A DNA stretch of 64,000 bases. Origin: an uncultured Eubacteriales bacterium. GTDB taxonomy: Bacteria; Bacillota; Clostridia; Christensenellales; CAG-138. Within the stretch, counting starts at the first letter, position 1. Every line of letters begins with the position of its first letter. Of the stretch, positions 26,134 to 35,171 are shown piece by piece. Both the position numbers and the translations under genes were made by a program. The DNA is taken from assembly GCA_900540495.1 (NCBI GenBank), contig UQGA01000002.1:61230-125229 (forward strand), in the 5' to 3' direction. The notes beneath the pieces were generated by a model, which did no database searches, had not been told where the DNA came from, and worked only from the letters and a program-made list of their open reading frames with translations.

Positions 26134-27476
26134 ATCCGTTTTCGCTCGGCGAGGCCGTCGCCGCATGCGGCGGCGTGTATGCGGGCGACGCGGCGCTGCT
26201 CGGCCGGCCGGTGTGCGACGTATGCATTGACAGCCGAAAAGTGACGCCCGGCGCGCTGTACGTGCCGATCATCGGCGAGGTGCACGACGGCCATGCGTTC
26301 ATCGACGGCGCCCGCCGCAACGGCGCCCTGTGCACGCTGACCGACCGCCCGCTTGCGGAAGGGCCGTATGTGCTTGTGCCGGATACGCTCGAGGCGCTGC
26401 AGCGGCTCGCCGCCTTCTATCGCAACCGGTTTTCCATCCCGGTCATCGGCGTGACCGGCAGCGTAGGCAAGACCTCGACAAAGGAGATGCTCTATGCCGT
26501 GCTGTCCGGGCGCTATCGCACGTTCAAAACGCCCGGCAACCTGAACAACCAGACCGGCGTGCCGCTCACGCTGTTCCAGCTTTCGGACGGGGACGAAATG
26601 GCCATCATCGAGATGGGGACGAACCATCCCGGGGAGATCCGCCGCCTTTCTGCGATGGTGCAGCCGACCGTTTGCGTGATTACCAACGTCGGCGTGGCGC
26701 ACATCGAGTTTTTCGGGTCGAGGGAAAACATCTTCCGGGGCAAGGCCGAAATGCTGGAGCACATGCGCGAGGGCGGCGCCGCGGTGGTCAACGGCGACGA
26801 CGACATGCTCGTGCAGTTGCCGGATGCGGTGCGCTACGGCTTTCAGGCACATAACGCCGTGCGGGCCGTGGACGAAGAGGATATGGGGCTGGCCGGCAGC
26901 GCCTTTACCGTATGCGAGGGCGGCGAGCGCGTGCGCATACATGTGCCTGCGCCGGGACGCCACATGATTTACAATGCGCTGGCCGCCGTTGCGGTGGGCC
27001 GCGTACTGGGCCTGCCGCTGGAAGAGCTCAGGAGGGGGGTGGAGCGGTTCGCCCCGTCCGCCGGACGGATGCACGTGCGCAGGAGCGCGCGCTTCACCGT
27101 CCTCGATGACACCTATAACGCCAATCCCACCTCCGTCATGGCTGCGATCGACGTGCTCGAGCACACCCCGGGACGGCACGTCTGCGTGCTCGGAGACATG
27201 CTGGAGCTTGGCGCGCAGGCGGAGGAGTTTCACGAGGTGGTGGGCATGTATGCGGCGCTCCACGGCGTGGAGCTGATCGTGTGCGTCGGCCCCAATTCCG
27301 AGCAGACCTTCCTTGGCGCGCATGCGCTCGCACCGCAGCGCGCGCGCTATTTTGAAACGCAGGAATCGCTGCTGTCCATCCTGCCGTTGCTGCTGCGCGA
27401 CGGGGATACGATCCTCGTCAAGGGTTCGCGCGGGATGCATCTGGAGCAGACCGTGGAGACGCTGCTCGGCCTGTAG
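26130..27476 (+). CDS. murF: UDP-N-acetylmuramoyl-tripeptide--D-alanyl-D-alanine ligase
   Basis: Start MNPFSLGE at 26130 with ATGA overlap onto ddl. Mur ligase motifs GVTGSVGKTSTKE, DTYNANP. Confidence 0.9.
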   Translation: MNPFSLGEAVAACGGVYAGDAALLGRPVCDVCIDSRKVTPGALYVPIIGEVHDGHAFIDGARRNGALCTLTDRPLAEGPYVLVPDTLEALQRLAAFYRNRFSIPVIGVTGSVGKTSTKEMLYAVLSGRYRTFKTPGNLNNQTGVPLTLFQLSDGDEMAIIEMGTNHPGEIRRLSAMVQPTVCVITNVGVAHIEFFGSRENIFRGKAEMLEHMREGGAAVVNGDDDMLVQLPDAVRYGFQAHNAVRAVDEEDMGLAGSAFTVCEGGERVRIHVPAPGRHMIYNALAAVAVGRVLGLPLEELRRGVERFAPSAGRMHVRRSARFTVLDDTYNANPTSVMAAIDVLEHTPGRHVCVLGDMLELGAQAEEFHEVVGMYAALHGVELIVCVGPNSEQTFLGAHALAPQRARYFETQESLLSILPLLLRDGDTILVKGSRGMHLEQTVETLLGL

Positions 27477-27503
27477 CGCCGCCGCTTCCGACGAGGATTT
27501 CCG

Positions 27504-27540
27504 GCCCGTGCCGTTTCCCGGCGCGGGCTTGAATTATTTG
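27504..27540 (+). terminator. Probable terminator after murF
   Basis: 10-bp stem GCCCGTGCCG / CGGCGCGGGC (one G-U pair) followed by TTGAATTATTTG. It overlaps the next promoter's -35. Confidence 0.5.
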
Positions 27541-27557
27541 TAGAGGCGATGTAAAAT
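27529..27557 (+). promoter_or_regulatory. Predicted promoter placing +1 on the ATG of the acyltransferase gene
   Basis: TTGAAT (27529-27534), 17 nt, TAAAAT (27552-27557), 6 nt, ATG (27564). No SD is present. Confidence 0.5.
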
Positions 27558-27563
27558 GCCGCT

Positions 27564-28799
27564 ATGGGACCTCAATCGGATGTGCAATGCATAGATACGA
27601 AACATGTGGACGTGCTCGACGGCGTACGCGCCGCGGCCATTCTGGTGATCGTCTGGTATCATCTCTGGCAGCAGAGCTGGCTGATGCCCATTTTTGAGAC
27701 GCCCGCCCTGTCCGGTCTCGGCATTTCCTACATCAATCTGGACAACATTCCCCGTACCGGCTATCTGTTTGTGGATCTGCTGCTCCTGCTCAGCGCGTTC
27801 TGCCTCTTCCTGCCGTATGCGCGCGCCGCGCTGCTGGACGAGCCGTATCCGTCCACGCGCGCGTTTTACAAAAAGCGGTTTGTGCGCATCGTGCCGTGCT
27901 ACTATCTCAGCGCGCTGCTCATCTTTTTCTGCTATTCGCTGCCCGCAGGCGTGTACTGGAGCGCCGGCAGCGCATGGACGGATCTGTTCGCCACGCTCAC
28001 GTTCACCCAGACGTTTCAGATGCAGACCTATCTTGGTACGAACATCAACGTCGTACTCTGGACGGCGGCGGTCGAGATGCAGTTTTATCTGATTTTTCCG
28101 TTGCTGGCAAAGGCGTTTACGCGCAGACCGCTGCTCACCTATCTGGCGATGGTCGGCGTATCGGAGTTGTATTTGCGGGGCTTTGCGCTGCAAAACGAGG
28201 AGACCCTGCGCATGACGCTCAACCAGATGGTCGCCTTCCTCGGCGTATTTGCCAACGGTATGGGCGGCGCCTACCTGTTCGTGCTGCTGTCCAAACGCGT
28301 GCAGCGCAGCGGCTGGCTCTCGGCGATAGGTACGACGGCTTTTTTTGCCGGCCTCGTACCGCTTGCCGCGGTGATGAACGGCGCTGCTCGCGCCCCTGTG
28401 ACACAGGCCTATCAGGCCGCCGTGCGCCTGCCGCTCTCGCTGCTGTTTCTCGCGCTCATCTTTGCGCTTGCGCTTTCGTGCCGGGCATTGCGCGCCGTGT
28501 TCAGCAACCGGCTTGCGCGCTTTATCGCCCTGATTTCGTACAATCTGTATATCTGGCATCAGTGGATTGCCGTGCGTCTGAAGGAATGGCGCATCCCGTA
28601 CTGGGAGGGCGACACCCCGCCCAACATGACCGGCGATCTCGCCTGGCAATGGCAGTACTTCCTGCTTTCGATCGGCCTTGCGTTCGGCGTGGCCATCCTC
28701 GTCACATATTGTTTTGAACGGCCGCTTTCACGCCGCCTGCCCGGCCGGCCGGCGCGCCCGTTGCGGTCGGTCAATCTTACGGATACGGAGGAAGCATGA
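27564..28799 (+). CDS. Acyltransferase family 3 membrane protein (OatA-like O-acyltransferase)
   Basis: 411 aa, polytopic. N-terminal acyltransferase_3 motif DGVRAAAILVIVWYHLWQ. Confidence 0.8.
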   Translation: MGPQSDVQCIDTKHVDVLDGVRAAAILVIVWYHLWQQSWLMPIFETPALSGLGISYINLDNIPRTGYLFVDLLLLLSAFCLFLPYARAALLDEPYPSTRAFYKKRFVRIVPCYYLSALLIFFCYSLPAGVYWSAGSAWTDLFATLTFTQTFQMQTYLGTNINVVLWTAAVEMQFYLIFPLLAKAFTRRPLLTYLAMVGVSELYLRGFALQNEETLRMTLNQMVAFLGVFANGMGGAYLFVLLSKRVQRSGWLSAIGTTAFFAGLVPLAAVMNGAARAPVTQAYQAAVRLPLSLLFLALIFALALSCRALRAVFSNRLARFIALISYNLYIWHQWIAVRLKEWRIPYWEGDTPPNMTGDLAWQWQYFLLSIGLAFGVAILVTYCFERPLSRRLPGRPARPLRSVNLTDTEEA

Positions 28800-29047
28800 T
28801 GCATTACGAGTGGAAACCCCGGGGCGTGTGCGCCTCGCACCTTTCGTTCGATATCGAGGACGGAACCCTCAGGAACGTGGCCTTTACCGGCGGTTGCAAC
28901 GGCAATCTCAAGGCGATTGGCCTGCTCGTGGAGGGGCGGGACGCGCGGTCCGTCGCCCGGACGCTGCGGGGCAATCGTTGCGGCGTGAAGCCCACAAGCT
29001 GCGCCGACCAGCTCGCGCAGGCCATCGAGCGCGCGCTCGGCGGCTGA
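28796..29047 (+). CDS. TSCPD domain protein (TIGR03905-like, function unknown)
   Basis: 83 aa. Motifs FTGGCNGNLKAIGLLVEG and CGVKPTSCADQLA. ATGA overlap with the acyltransferase stop. SD GGAGGA. Confidence 0.75.
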   Translation: MMHYEWKPRGVCASHLSFDIEDGTLRNVAFTGGCNGNLKAIGLLVEGRDARSVARTLRGNRCGVKPTSCADQLAQAIERALGG

Positions 29048-29048
29048 C

Positions 29049-29081
29049 GGGCGCCGGCCGGCGCCGCCCCCTTTTGATTTT
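29049..29081 (+). terminator. Rho-independent terminator after the TSCPD gene
   Basis: GC-rich palindrome GGGCGCCGGCCGGCGCCGCCC followed by CCTTTTGATTTT. Confidence 0.65.
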
Positions 29082-29302
29082 GGGCAAGCGGCATTTTCAG
29101 CAGGAAGGGCGAAGACCGCGCCAAACGCCGGCGGCACAGCCCCGCGGGTGACGGTGGGGCGGGGAAGGCCCCGGACGCGGGACGCCGGTTTTTCAGGGGG
29201 CGCGACGCCCTGCAGGCGGACGGGCCGGAAAACGGCAGCGCGCGGCAGGCGGAGCGGGAAGCGCGCCGGGAGCCGCCGGCGCACAGGGAGCCGGCCGGAA
29301 AC

Positions 29303-29338
29303 ACAAAGGAAAAGGGCGGGCGCTTTTCGCGCCCGCCC
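29303..29338 (-). terminator. Rho-independent terminator after the M29 aminopeptidase gene
   Basis: On the minus strand: GGGCGGGCGCG-AAAA-GCGCCCGCCC followed by TTTTCCTTTGTGTTT. Confidence 0.75.
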
Positions 29339-29344
29339 TGCGGT

Positions 29345-30460
29345 TCATTTCAGGTTTTCGGGGTTGAGGCATTCCAGTTCCGGCAGGACGAAGCGGCCGT
29401 CCTTGCGCACGAGCACGTCGTCGAAATACATCTCGCCGCCGCCGTATTCCGGCGTCTGGATCAGCACAAGGTCCCAGTGCTGGGAGGATTTGTTGCCGTT
29501 GTCGCATTCGTCGTAGCAGGAGCCGGGCGTGAAGTGGAACGAGCCGGCGATCTTCTCGTCGAACAGCGTGTCCTTCATCGGGAACGTGATGTACGGGTTC
29601 ACGCCGATGGCAAACTCGCCCACATACCGGGCGCCCTCGTCGATGTCGAGCTGCTTGTTGATGCGGGCGGTGTCGTTGGCCGTGGCCTCCACAATCTTCC
29701 CGTCGCGGAACACGAAGCGGATGTCCGTATAGGTGAACCCGTTCTCGAGCGAAGGCGTGTTGTAGGCGATCACGCCGTTGACGCTGTCGCGTACGGGCGC
29801 GGTGAACACCTCGCCGTCGGGGATGTTCAACTTACCGGCGCACTTGACCGCGGGCAACCCCTTGATCGAGAACGAGAGGTCGGTGCCGGGGGATACGATG
29901 CGCACGCGGTCGGTGCGCTCCATGAGCGCGACGAGCGCGTCCATCGCCCGGTCCATCCGGGAATAGTCGAGGCAGCACACGTTGAAAAAGAAATCCTCGA
30001 ACGCTTCGGTGCTCATGTCGGCCATCTGCGCCATGGAGGGCGACGGATAGCGCAGGATGACCCACTTGGTCTTGGGCACGCGGATATTGCCGTGCACCGG
30101 CTGCCAGTAGTGCGCCATGTATTCGTTCATGCGCTCCGAGGGTACGTCGGACAGCTCGCTGCTGTTGCTGCCGCCGCGCACGCCGATGTAAGCGTCCATG
30201 CCCGCCATGACCGCGCTGTCCCAGACGGCCCGCTGCCGGAGCTGTTCGACGCTGCCGCCCAGCAGCAGCTCGCGCTCAAACGCCTTGTCGGACAGCCACA
30301 GGAACGGCGTGCCGCCCGCCGCATAGGCCTCCTTGATCAGCGCACGCACCAGGTCGTCGTTGCCGCCGATGGATTCGATGAGGATTTTTTCTCCCGGCTT
30401 GAGGTCGCAGGAAAATGTTACCAACCCGTGCGCAAGCTGCCGGATTCGGGGATCAAACAT
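29345..30460 (-). CDS. Aminopeptidase, M29 (AmpS/PepS) family
   Basis: Start MFDPRIRQLA at 30460 (GGAGGT 7 nt upstream). Typical M29 N-terminus and length. Confidence 0.85.
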   Translation of the reverse strand: MFDPRIRQLAHGLVTFSCDLKPGEKILIESIGGNDDLVRALIKEAYAAGGTPFLWLSDKAFERELLLGGSVEQLRQRAVWDSAVMAGMDAYIGVRGGSNSSELSDVPSERMNEYMAHYWQPVHGNIRVPKTKWVILRYPSPSMAQMADMSTEAFEDFFFNVCCLDYSRMDRAMDALVALMERTDRVRIVSPGTDLSFSIKGLPAVKCAGKLNIPDGEVFTAPVRDSVNGVIAYNTPSLENGFTYTDIRFVFRDGKIVEATANDTARINKQLDIDEGARYVGEFAIGVNPYITFPMKDTLFDEKIAGSFHFTPGSCYDECDNGNKSSQHWDLVLIQTPEYGGGEMYFDDVLVRKDGRFVLPELECLNPENLK

Positions 30461-30564
30461 GGAAAACACCTCCGTCTGTCAAATGCATTACCTGTATTAT
30501 CGCACCGTTTTCTGCAAAAATCCACCCCCTGCCGGCGGCGGACGCCGGAATTGCCGGGGCTTTC

Positions 30565-30593
30565 TTGCGCTGCGGGGCAAAATGCGGTATGAT
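30565..30593 (+). promoter_or_regulatory. Predicted promoter of tldD-pmbA
   Basis: TTGCGC (30565-30570), 17 nt, TATGAT (30588-30593). Confidence 0.45.
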
Positions 30594-30655
30594 GATGCTT
30601 GGAAAGCATCGGCGGCGCGCGGCAAAGGCGCGCGCCGCCGGCGGAAAAGGAGGGA

Positions 30656-32050
30656 ATGCGCTTGATCGAACGAGAGGTCGCGGAACGGGTGTTGCAGGCG
30701 GCGCTGTGCTGCGGGGCGGATTTTTCAGAGCTGTTCGTGGAGGACACCGTCAGCAATTCGCTGGAGATGACCGACGGCAAGGTGGAGAACGCCGCCTATA
30801 CGCGGCGGCACGGGGCGGGCGTGCGCGTGCTCATGGGCGTGCGCAGCGCCTACGCGTATACCGCGGAAACGGACGAGGCGTCGCTCGTCGCTACGGCAAG
30901 GGCGGCCGCCGCCGCTCTGCAGGGCGCGCCGGCGGCGCGGGAGATCGTCTTTGCGGCGCAGGGATATCGGGCGCCGATGGCGGTGCCGTTCACCGCGGTC
31001 GGGAACGATCGCCGCATGGCGTTGCTGCGCGAGGCGACGAAGGCGGCGCGCAGCGTGTCCGCCGAGATTACGCAGGTGCAGGCCAGATATCAGGATAAGG
31101 TGCGGCGTACGCTGGTGTGCAATTCCGACGGCGTGTTTGCCACGGCGGAGCGCCCGTATACGCGCACGGCCGTCATCGCCATCGCCATGCAGGATACGCA
31201 GGCGCAGATGGGATATGAAGCGCCGGGCTGCTGCCGCGGCTTTGAGGCGTATTCCGGCCCGATCGACCTGAACGCGAGCGCCATCGTGGCGGCCAAGACC
31301 GCCGTGACGATGCTCCATGCGCCGGATTGCCCTGCGGGGCGGCTGCCGGTCGTGATCGACGGCGGGTTTGGCGGCGTCATCTTCCATGAGGCGTGCGGCC
31401 ACAGCCTGGAGGCCACAAGCGTGAGCAGGGGCAACAGCGAGTTCTGCGGCAAGCTGGGGCAGAAGATCGCGGCGGATTGCGTATCCGCCGTGGACGACGG
31501 CACGCTTGCGGGCGAATGGGGTTCCATCGACATCGACGACGAGGGCACGCCGTCGCAGCGCAATCTGCTCATTGAAAACGGCGTGCTGCGCGGCTACCTG
31601 GTCGACCTGTTGGGCGCGCGGCGCATGGAGATGAAGACGACCGGTTCGAGCCGGCGGCAGGATTACACCTTCGCACCAACCTCCCGCATGACAAACACAT
31701 TCATCTGCCCCGGGCAGGACAGCGAGGAGGAGATGATCGCCACGATGGGCGAGGGGTTGTACGCCAAGAAGATGGGCGGCGGTTCGGTCAACCCGCTGAC
31801 GGGCGAGTTCAACTTTGCCGTAAGCGAAGGCTACTTGGTGCGCGACGGCAAGATCGTTTCGCCCGTGCGCGGCGCGACGCTTATCGGCAAGGGGGCGGAA
31901 ATTCTGCCGCGCATCGACCGCGTCGGCCCGCGCATGTGGATGGGGCAGGGGATGTGCGGCTCCCTGTCCGGTTCCGTGCCGACAAACGTGGGACAGCCGC
32001 GCATCCGTGTGACCGAGATCACCGTTGGAGGAAAGGGAGGTGCGCTGTGA
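30656..32050 (+). CDS. tldD: TldD family metalloprotease
   Basis: Start MRLIEREV at 30656 (AAGGAGGG upstream). HEACGH zinc motif. Confidence 0.85.
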   Translation: MRLIEREVAERVLQAALCCGADFSELFVEDTVSNSLEMTDGKVENAAYTRRHGAGVRVLMGVRSAYAYTAETDEASLVATARAAAAALQGAPAAREIVFAAQGYRAPMAVPFTAVGNDRRMALLREATKAARSVSAEITQVQARYQDKVRRTLVCNSDGVFATAERPYTRTAVIAIAMQDTQAQMGYEAPGCCRGFEAYSGPIDLNASAIVAAKTAVTMLHAPDCPAGRLPVVIDGGFGGVIFHEACGHSLEATSVSRGNSEFCGKLGQKIAADCVSAVDDGTLAGEWGSIDIDDEGTPSQRNLLIENGVLRGYLVDLLGARRMEMKTTGSSRRQDYTFAPTSRMTNTFICPGQDSEEEMIATMGEGLYAKKMGGGSVNPLTGEFNFAVSEGYLVRDGKIVSPVRGATLIGKGAEILPRIDRVGPRMWMGQGMCGSLSGSVPTNVGQPRIRVTEITVGGKGGAL

Positions 32051-33381
32051 TGAAACTGCAGGAATTCCGCGAGCGGGCGTTCGCGCTCGCGCTTGCGCTG
32101 GGCTGCGATGCGGCCGAGACCTACTATGCGGCGGGCGATTCTTTCGAGGCGCAGGCGCAGGATGGGGAGATCGACCGGTATGCCGTGTCGCACACCGCCG
32201 GCCTGAGCCTGCGCGTACAGCTTGGCGGGCGCAACGGCTACGCCTATACCGAAATCCTTGACGATCCGGACGAGCTGGTCCGCCGGGCGATGGACAATGC
32301 GCGCTCCATCGAAGCCGAGGAGGAACATCCGATGCAGGGCGCGTGCACCTATCGCGCGGTCGCGCAGCGGCTGGACCCGCTTTCCGATATGGACGAGGCG
32401 GGCAAGATCGAACTGGCGCTTTCGCTCGAGCGGGCGACGCTTGCGCAGGATGCGCGCGTGCTGCGCGTGATGAGCTGCGAGGTGGGGACGCAGCGCGCGC
32501 GCGTTGCCATCCACAATACGCGCGGCCTTTGCGCCGAGCGCGCGGACCGCATTTCCTATTGTTATACCATGCCGGTCGCCCGCGATGGGGACGAGGTGCA
32601 AAACGCGTTCGCTTTCCGCGTGGGCGAAGCGGTGCTGGACACGGACGGTTGCGCCGCGGAGGCGGTGGCGGAGACGGTGGCGCTCTTCGGCGGGGAGCCG
32701 GTGGCCTCCGGCACATATGCGGTCGTGCTGCGCAACGATGCGGCGGCAAGCCTGCTTGGCGCGTTTTCCACCGTATTCTCCGCGGACGAGGCGCAGAAGG
32801 GGCGGTCGCTGCTGGCCGGCCGGGAGGGCGAGGAAATTGCAGCGCCGTGCGTGAGCATTCTCGACGACCCGTTCCATCCGTATCTGCCATGCGCCTTTGA
32901 CGACGAGGGCACGCCCGGCCGTACCAAGCGCATCGTGGACGGCGGCAAGCTGACCACGCTGCTGCACAACCTCAAGACCGCAAGGAAAGCGGGTTGCGAG
33001 AGCACCGGCAACGGCCGGCGGCCGTCCGCCGCCGCACCGGTCGGCGTCGGCCCCACGACCCTGTACCTCGCGCCGGGCGCCGAAACGCGCGAAGCGCTCC
33101 TTGCACGCATGGGCGACGGCCTGCTCATTACGGATCTCGAGGGGCTGCATGCCGGGCTGGACCCGGTCTCGGGAGATTTTTCCCTCAAGGCCAGCGGCCG
33201 CCGGATCACGGGCGGCCACGATGCGGGCGCGGTCTCGCAGATCACGGTCGCGGGCAATTTCTTCCAAATGCTCCGGGAGATCGCCGCCGTGGGGGACGAC
33301 CTGAAGTTCGGTCTGCCGGGGGGCGCCTGCTTTGGCGCGCCCAGCGTGCTGGTAAGCGGACTCATGGTCGCCGGCAAGTGA
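32050..33381 (+). CDS. pmbA: PmbA/TldE family metalloprotease partner
   Basis: Start MKLQEFRERA at 32050, overlapping the tldD stop by 1 nt. PmbA/TldD fold without the HExxxH motif. Confidence 0.8.
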   Translation: MKLQEFRERAFALALALGCDAAETYYAAGDSFEAQAQDGEIDRYAVSHTAGLSLRVQLGGRNGYAYTEILDDPDELVRRAMDNARSIEAEEEHPMQGACTYRAVAQRLDPLSDMDEAGKIELALSLERATLAQDARVLRVMSCEVGTQRARVAIHNTRGLCAERADRISYCYTMPVARDGDEVQNAFAFRVGEAVLDTDGCAAEAVAETVALFGGEPVASGTYAVVLRNDAAASLLGAFSTVFSADEAQKGRSLLAGREGEEIAAPCVSILDDPFHPYLPCAFDDEGTPGRTKRIVDGGKLTTLLHNLKTARKAGCESTGNGRRPSAAAPVGVGPTTLYLAPGAETREALLARMGDGLLITDLEGLHAGLDPVSGDFSLKASGRRITGGHDAGAVSQITVAGNFFQMLREIAAVGDDLKFGLPGGACFGAPSVLVSGLMVAGK

Positions 33382-33454
33382 AGCGGCGAACCGGGCCGAT
33401 GGACCAAGAGCGTGGCGGGGAGAGGGAGACGCAAGCCCTTTCCCCGCCGGTCCA

Positions 33455-33477
33455 ACCGCCTGACCGGGCGGTTTTTT
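33455..33477 (+). terminator. Possible terminator after pmbA
   Basis: ACCGCC-tgaccg-GGCGGT followed by TTTTTT. Confidence 0.45.
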
Positions 33478-33539
33478 CGGGCCGCAACACACCGCCGCCG
33501 GGCCGGAAACGGACTTTTTTGGTTTCCGGCAAAAAAGCG

Positions 33540-33568
33540 TTGACACGGGCGGCGGGTTGTGGTATCTT
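33540..33568 (+). promoter_or_regulatory. Predicted sigmaA promoter of rpmG-secE-nusG
   Basis: TTGACA (33540-33545), 17 nt, TGg-TATCTT (33560-33568). Confidence 0.6.
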
Positions 33569-33577
33569 ATCAAAGGC

Positions 33578-33605
33578 GCCCCGAAAACGGGGCTCGTTTT
33601 TGATG
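33578..33605 (+). promoter_or_regulatory. Terminator-like hairpin in the rpmG leader (candidate attenuator)
   Basis: GCCCCG-AAAA-CGGGGC followed by TCGTTTTTGATGCTTTTG. It lies between the predicted TSS (about 33575) and the rpmG ATG (33635). Confidence 0.4.
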
Positions 33606-33634
33606 CTTTTGACCTGAACAGGAGGGGTTTACGA

Positions 33635-33784
33635 ATGCGCGTCAAGATTACACTGGCCTGCACCGAATGCAAGCAGCGGAATTACAACACCTTCAAAAAC
33701 AAGAAGAACGATCCCGACCGGCTGGAGTTCTCCAAGTACTGCCGTTTCTGCCGCAAGCATACGGTGCACCGGGAAGCCAAGTAA
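33635..33784 (+). CDS. rpmG: 50S ribosomal protein L33
   Basis: [49 protein letters not shown], 49 aa. SD AGGAGGGG. Confidence 0.95.
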   Translation: MRVKITLACTECKQRNYNTFKNKKNDPDRLEFSKYCRFCRKHTVHREAK

Positions 33785-33804
33785 GCCGGAGGAAAGAGGA
33801 AGCA

Positions 33805-34053
33805 ATGGCCAAGACCGCAGAAAAGACCGTTGAAAAGAAGAAGCCCAAGAAGGAGCGGCGCTTCCACCCCATTCGGTACTTCCGCGAGATGTTCGGCGAG
33901 CTCAAGAAGCTCACCTGGCTGACGGGGAAGGATCTGCTTTCGCATACGATCGCCGTGTTTGTGTTCGTGATTGCGATGGCGCTCATCATCTACGTGCTGG
34001 ATCTCGGCTTCTCCTCCGGCATGGGCGCGCTTGAGAGCATCCATCTCGGGTAA
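33805..34053 (+). CDS. secE: Preprotein translocase subunit SecE
   Basis: 82 aa. Basic N-terminus and a single C-terminal TM helix. ELKKLTWLTGKDL motif. Position between rpmG and nusG. Confidence 0.9.
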   Translation: MAKTAEKTVEKKKPKKERRFHPIRYFREMFGELKKLTWLTGKDLLSHTIAVFVFVIAMALIIYVLDLGFSSGMGALESIHLG

Positions 34054-34057
34054 GGCC

Positions 34058-34642
34058 ATGAGTCAGGAAGCAAAGTGGTACGTTGTCCATACCTATTCCG
34101 GGTATGAGAACAAGGTCAAGGAGGACCTCGAAAAGTCGGTGGAGAACCTCGGATTGCAGGATACGATCCTTGAGGTGAAATACCCGACCGAGGAGGTCAT
34201 CGAGATCCTGCCCAACGGCAAGCGCAAGGTTTCGCAGCGCAAGGTGTTCCCCGGCTACGTCATGGTCAAGATGGTCGTGGATGTGGTCGAGAAGGAGCGG
34301 CCGCCGGAAAAGGGCGGCGGCACGGTGCAGGATCTGGTGATGAACCCGCGGGCCTGGTACGTCGTGCGCAACACGCGCGGCGTGACCGGCTTTGTGGGGC
34401 CCGGCTCGAAGCCCATCCCCCTCTCCGACGAGGAGGTTACGGCCATGGGCGTGGAGCGCATCCCGATCGTGCTCAACATCGAGGTGGGCGAGAACGTGCG
34501 CGTGGTCTCCGGCCCGCTGGAGAACTTCATCGGCCGCGTCGAGCATCTCGATCCGGAGCGGCAGAAGGTCAAGCTCACCGTTTCCATGTTCGGCCGCGAA
34601 ACGCCGGTCGAGCTGGATTTTGTACAGGTACAAAAGCTGTGA
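34058..34642 (+). CDS. nusG: Transcription termination/antitermination factor NusG
   Basis: KWYVVHTYSGYENKV NGN domain and C-terminal KOW (GENVRVVSGPLENFIGRVEHLD). Confidence 0.95.
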   Translation: MSQEAKWYVVHTYSGYENKVKEDLEKSVENLGLQDTILEVKYPTEEVIEILPNGKRKVSQRKVFPGYVMVKMVVDVVEKERPPEKGGGTVQDLVMNPRAWYVVRNTRGVTGFVGPGSKPIPLSDEEVTAMGVERIPIVLNIEVGENVRVVSGPLENFIGRVEHLDPERQKVKLTVSMFGRETPVELDFVQVQKL

Positions 34643-34732
34643 CGTCCCGCGCGCCGCAGGGCGCGCCGGTCATAAAGCGTGGGAGGGGGAGGCACCCCGC
34701 TCGCACCACAAAACAAACAGGAGGGAACTGCA

Positions 34733-35158
34733 ATGGCAAAGAAAATCACAGGCTATGTGAAGCTTCAAATCCCTGCGGGCAAGGCAACGCCCGCGCCGCC
34801 GGTCGGTCCGGCGCTCGGCCAGCACGGCGTGAACATCATGGGCTTCTGCAAGGAATTCAACGAGCGTACGAACAAGCAGGCCGGCCTGATCATCCCGGTC
34901 GTCATCACCGTGTATCAGGATCGCTCGTTCTCGTTCGTCACGAAGACGCCGCCGGCCGCCGTCCTCATCAAGAAGGCGTGCAACATCGAGACCGCCTCCG
35001 GCGTGCCGAACAAGACCAAGGTCGCCACGATCACGCAGGCGCAGGTGCGCGAGATCGCGGAACTGAAGATGCCCGACCTGAACGCCGCGAGCGTCGAGGC
35101 GGCCATGCGCATGATCGCAGGTACCGCCCGCAGCATGGGCGTCGTGGTCAGCGAGTGA
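34733..35158 (+). CDS. rplK: 50S ribosomal protein L11
   Basis: [36 protein letters not shown], 141 aa. Confidence 0.95.
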   Translation: MAKKITGYVKLQIPAGKATPAPPVGPALGQHGVNIMGFCKEFNERTNKQAGLIIPVVITVYQDRSFSFVTKTPPAAVLIKKACNIETASGVPNKTKVATITQAQVREIAELKMPDLNAASVEAAMRMIAGTARSMGVVVSE

Positions 35159-35171
35159 GGAGGGAACGGAT

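Noticed and set aside
29086-29300. 215-nt GC-rich spacer between two convergent terminators, and the similar spacer at 5345..5540, considered as possible sRNA or RNA genes.
   Set aside because: I saw no promoter, conserved RNA motif or convincing independent terminator. The ORFs there are Arg-rich artefacts.
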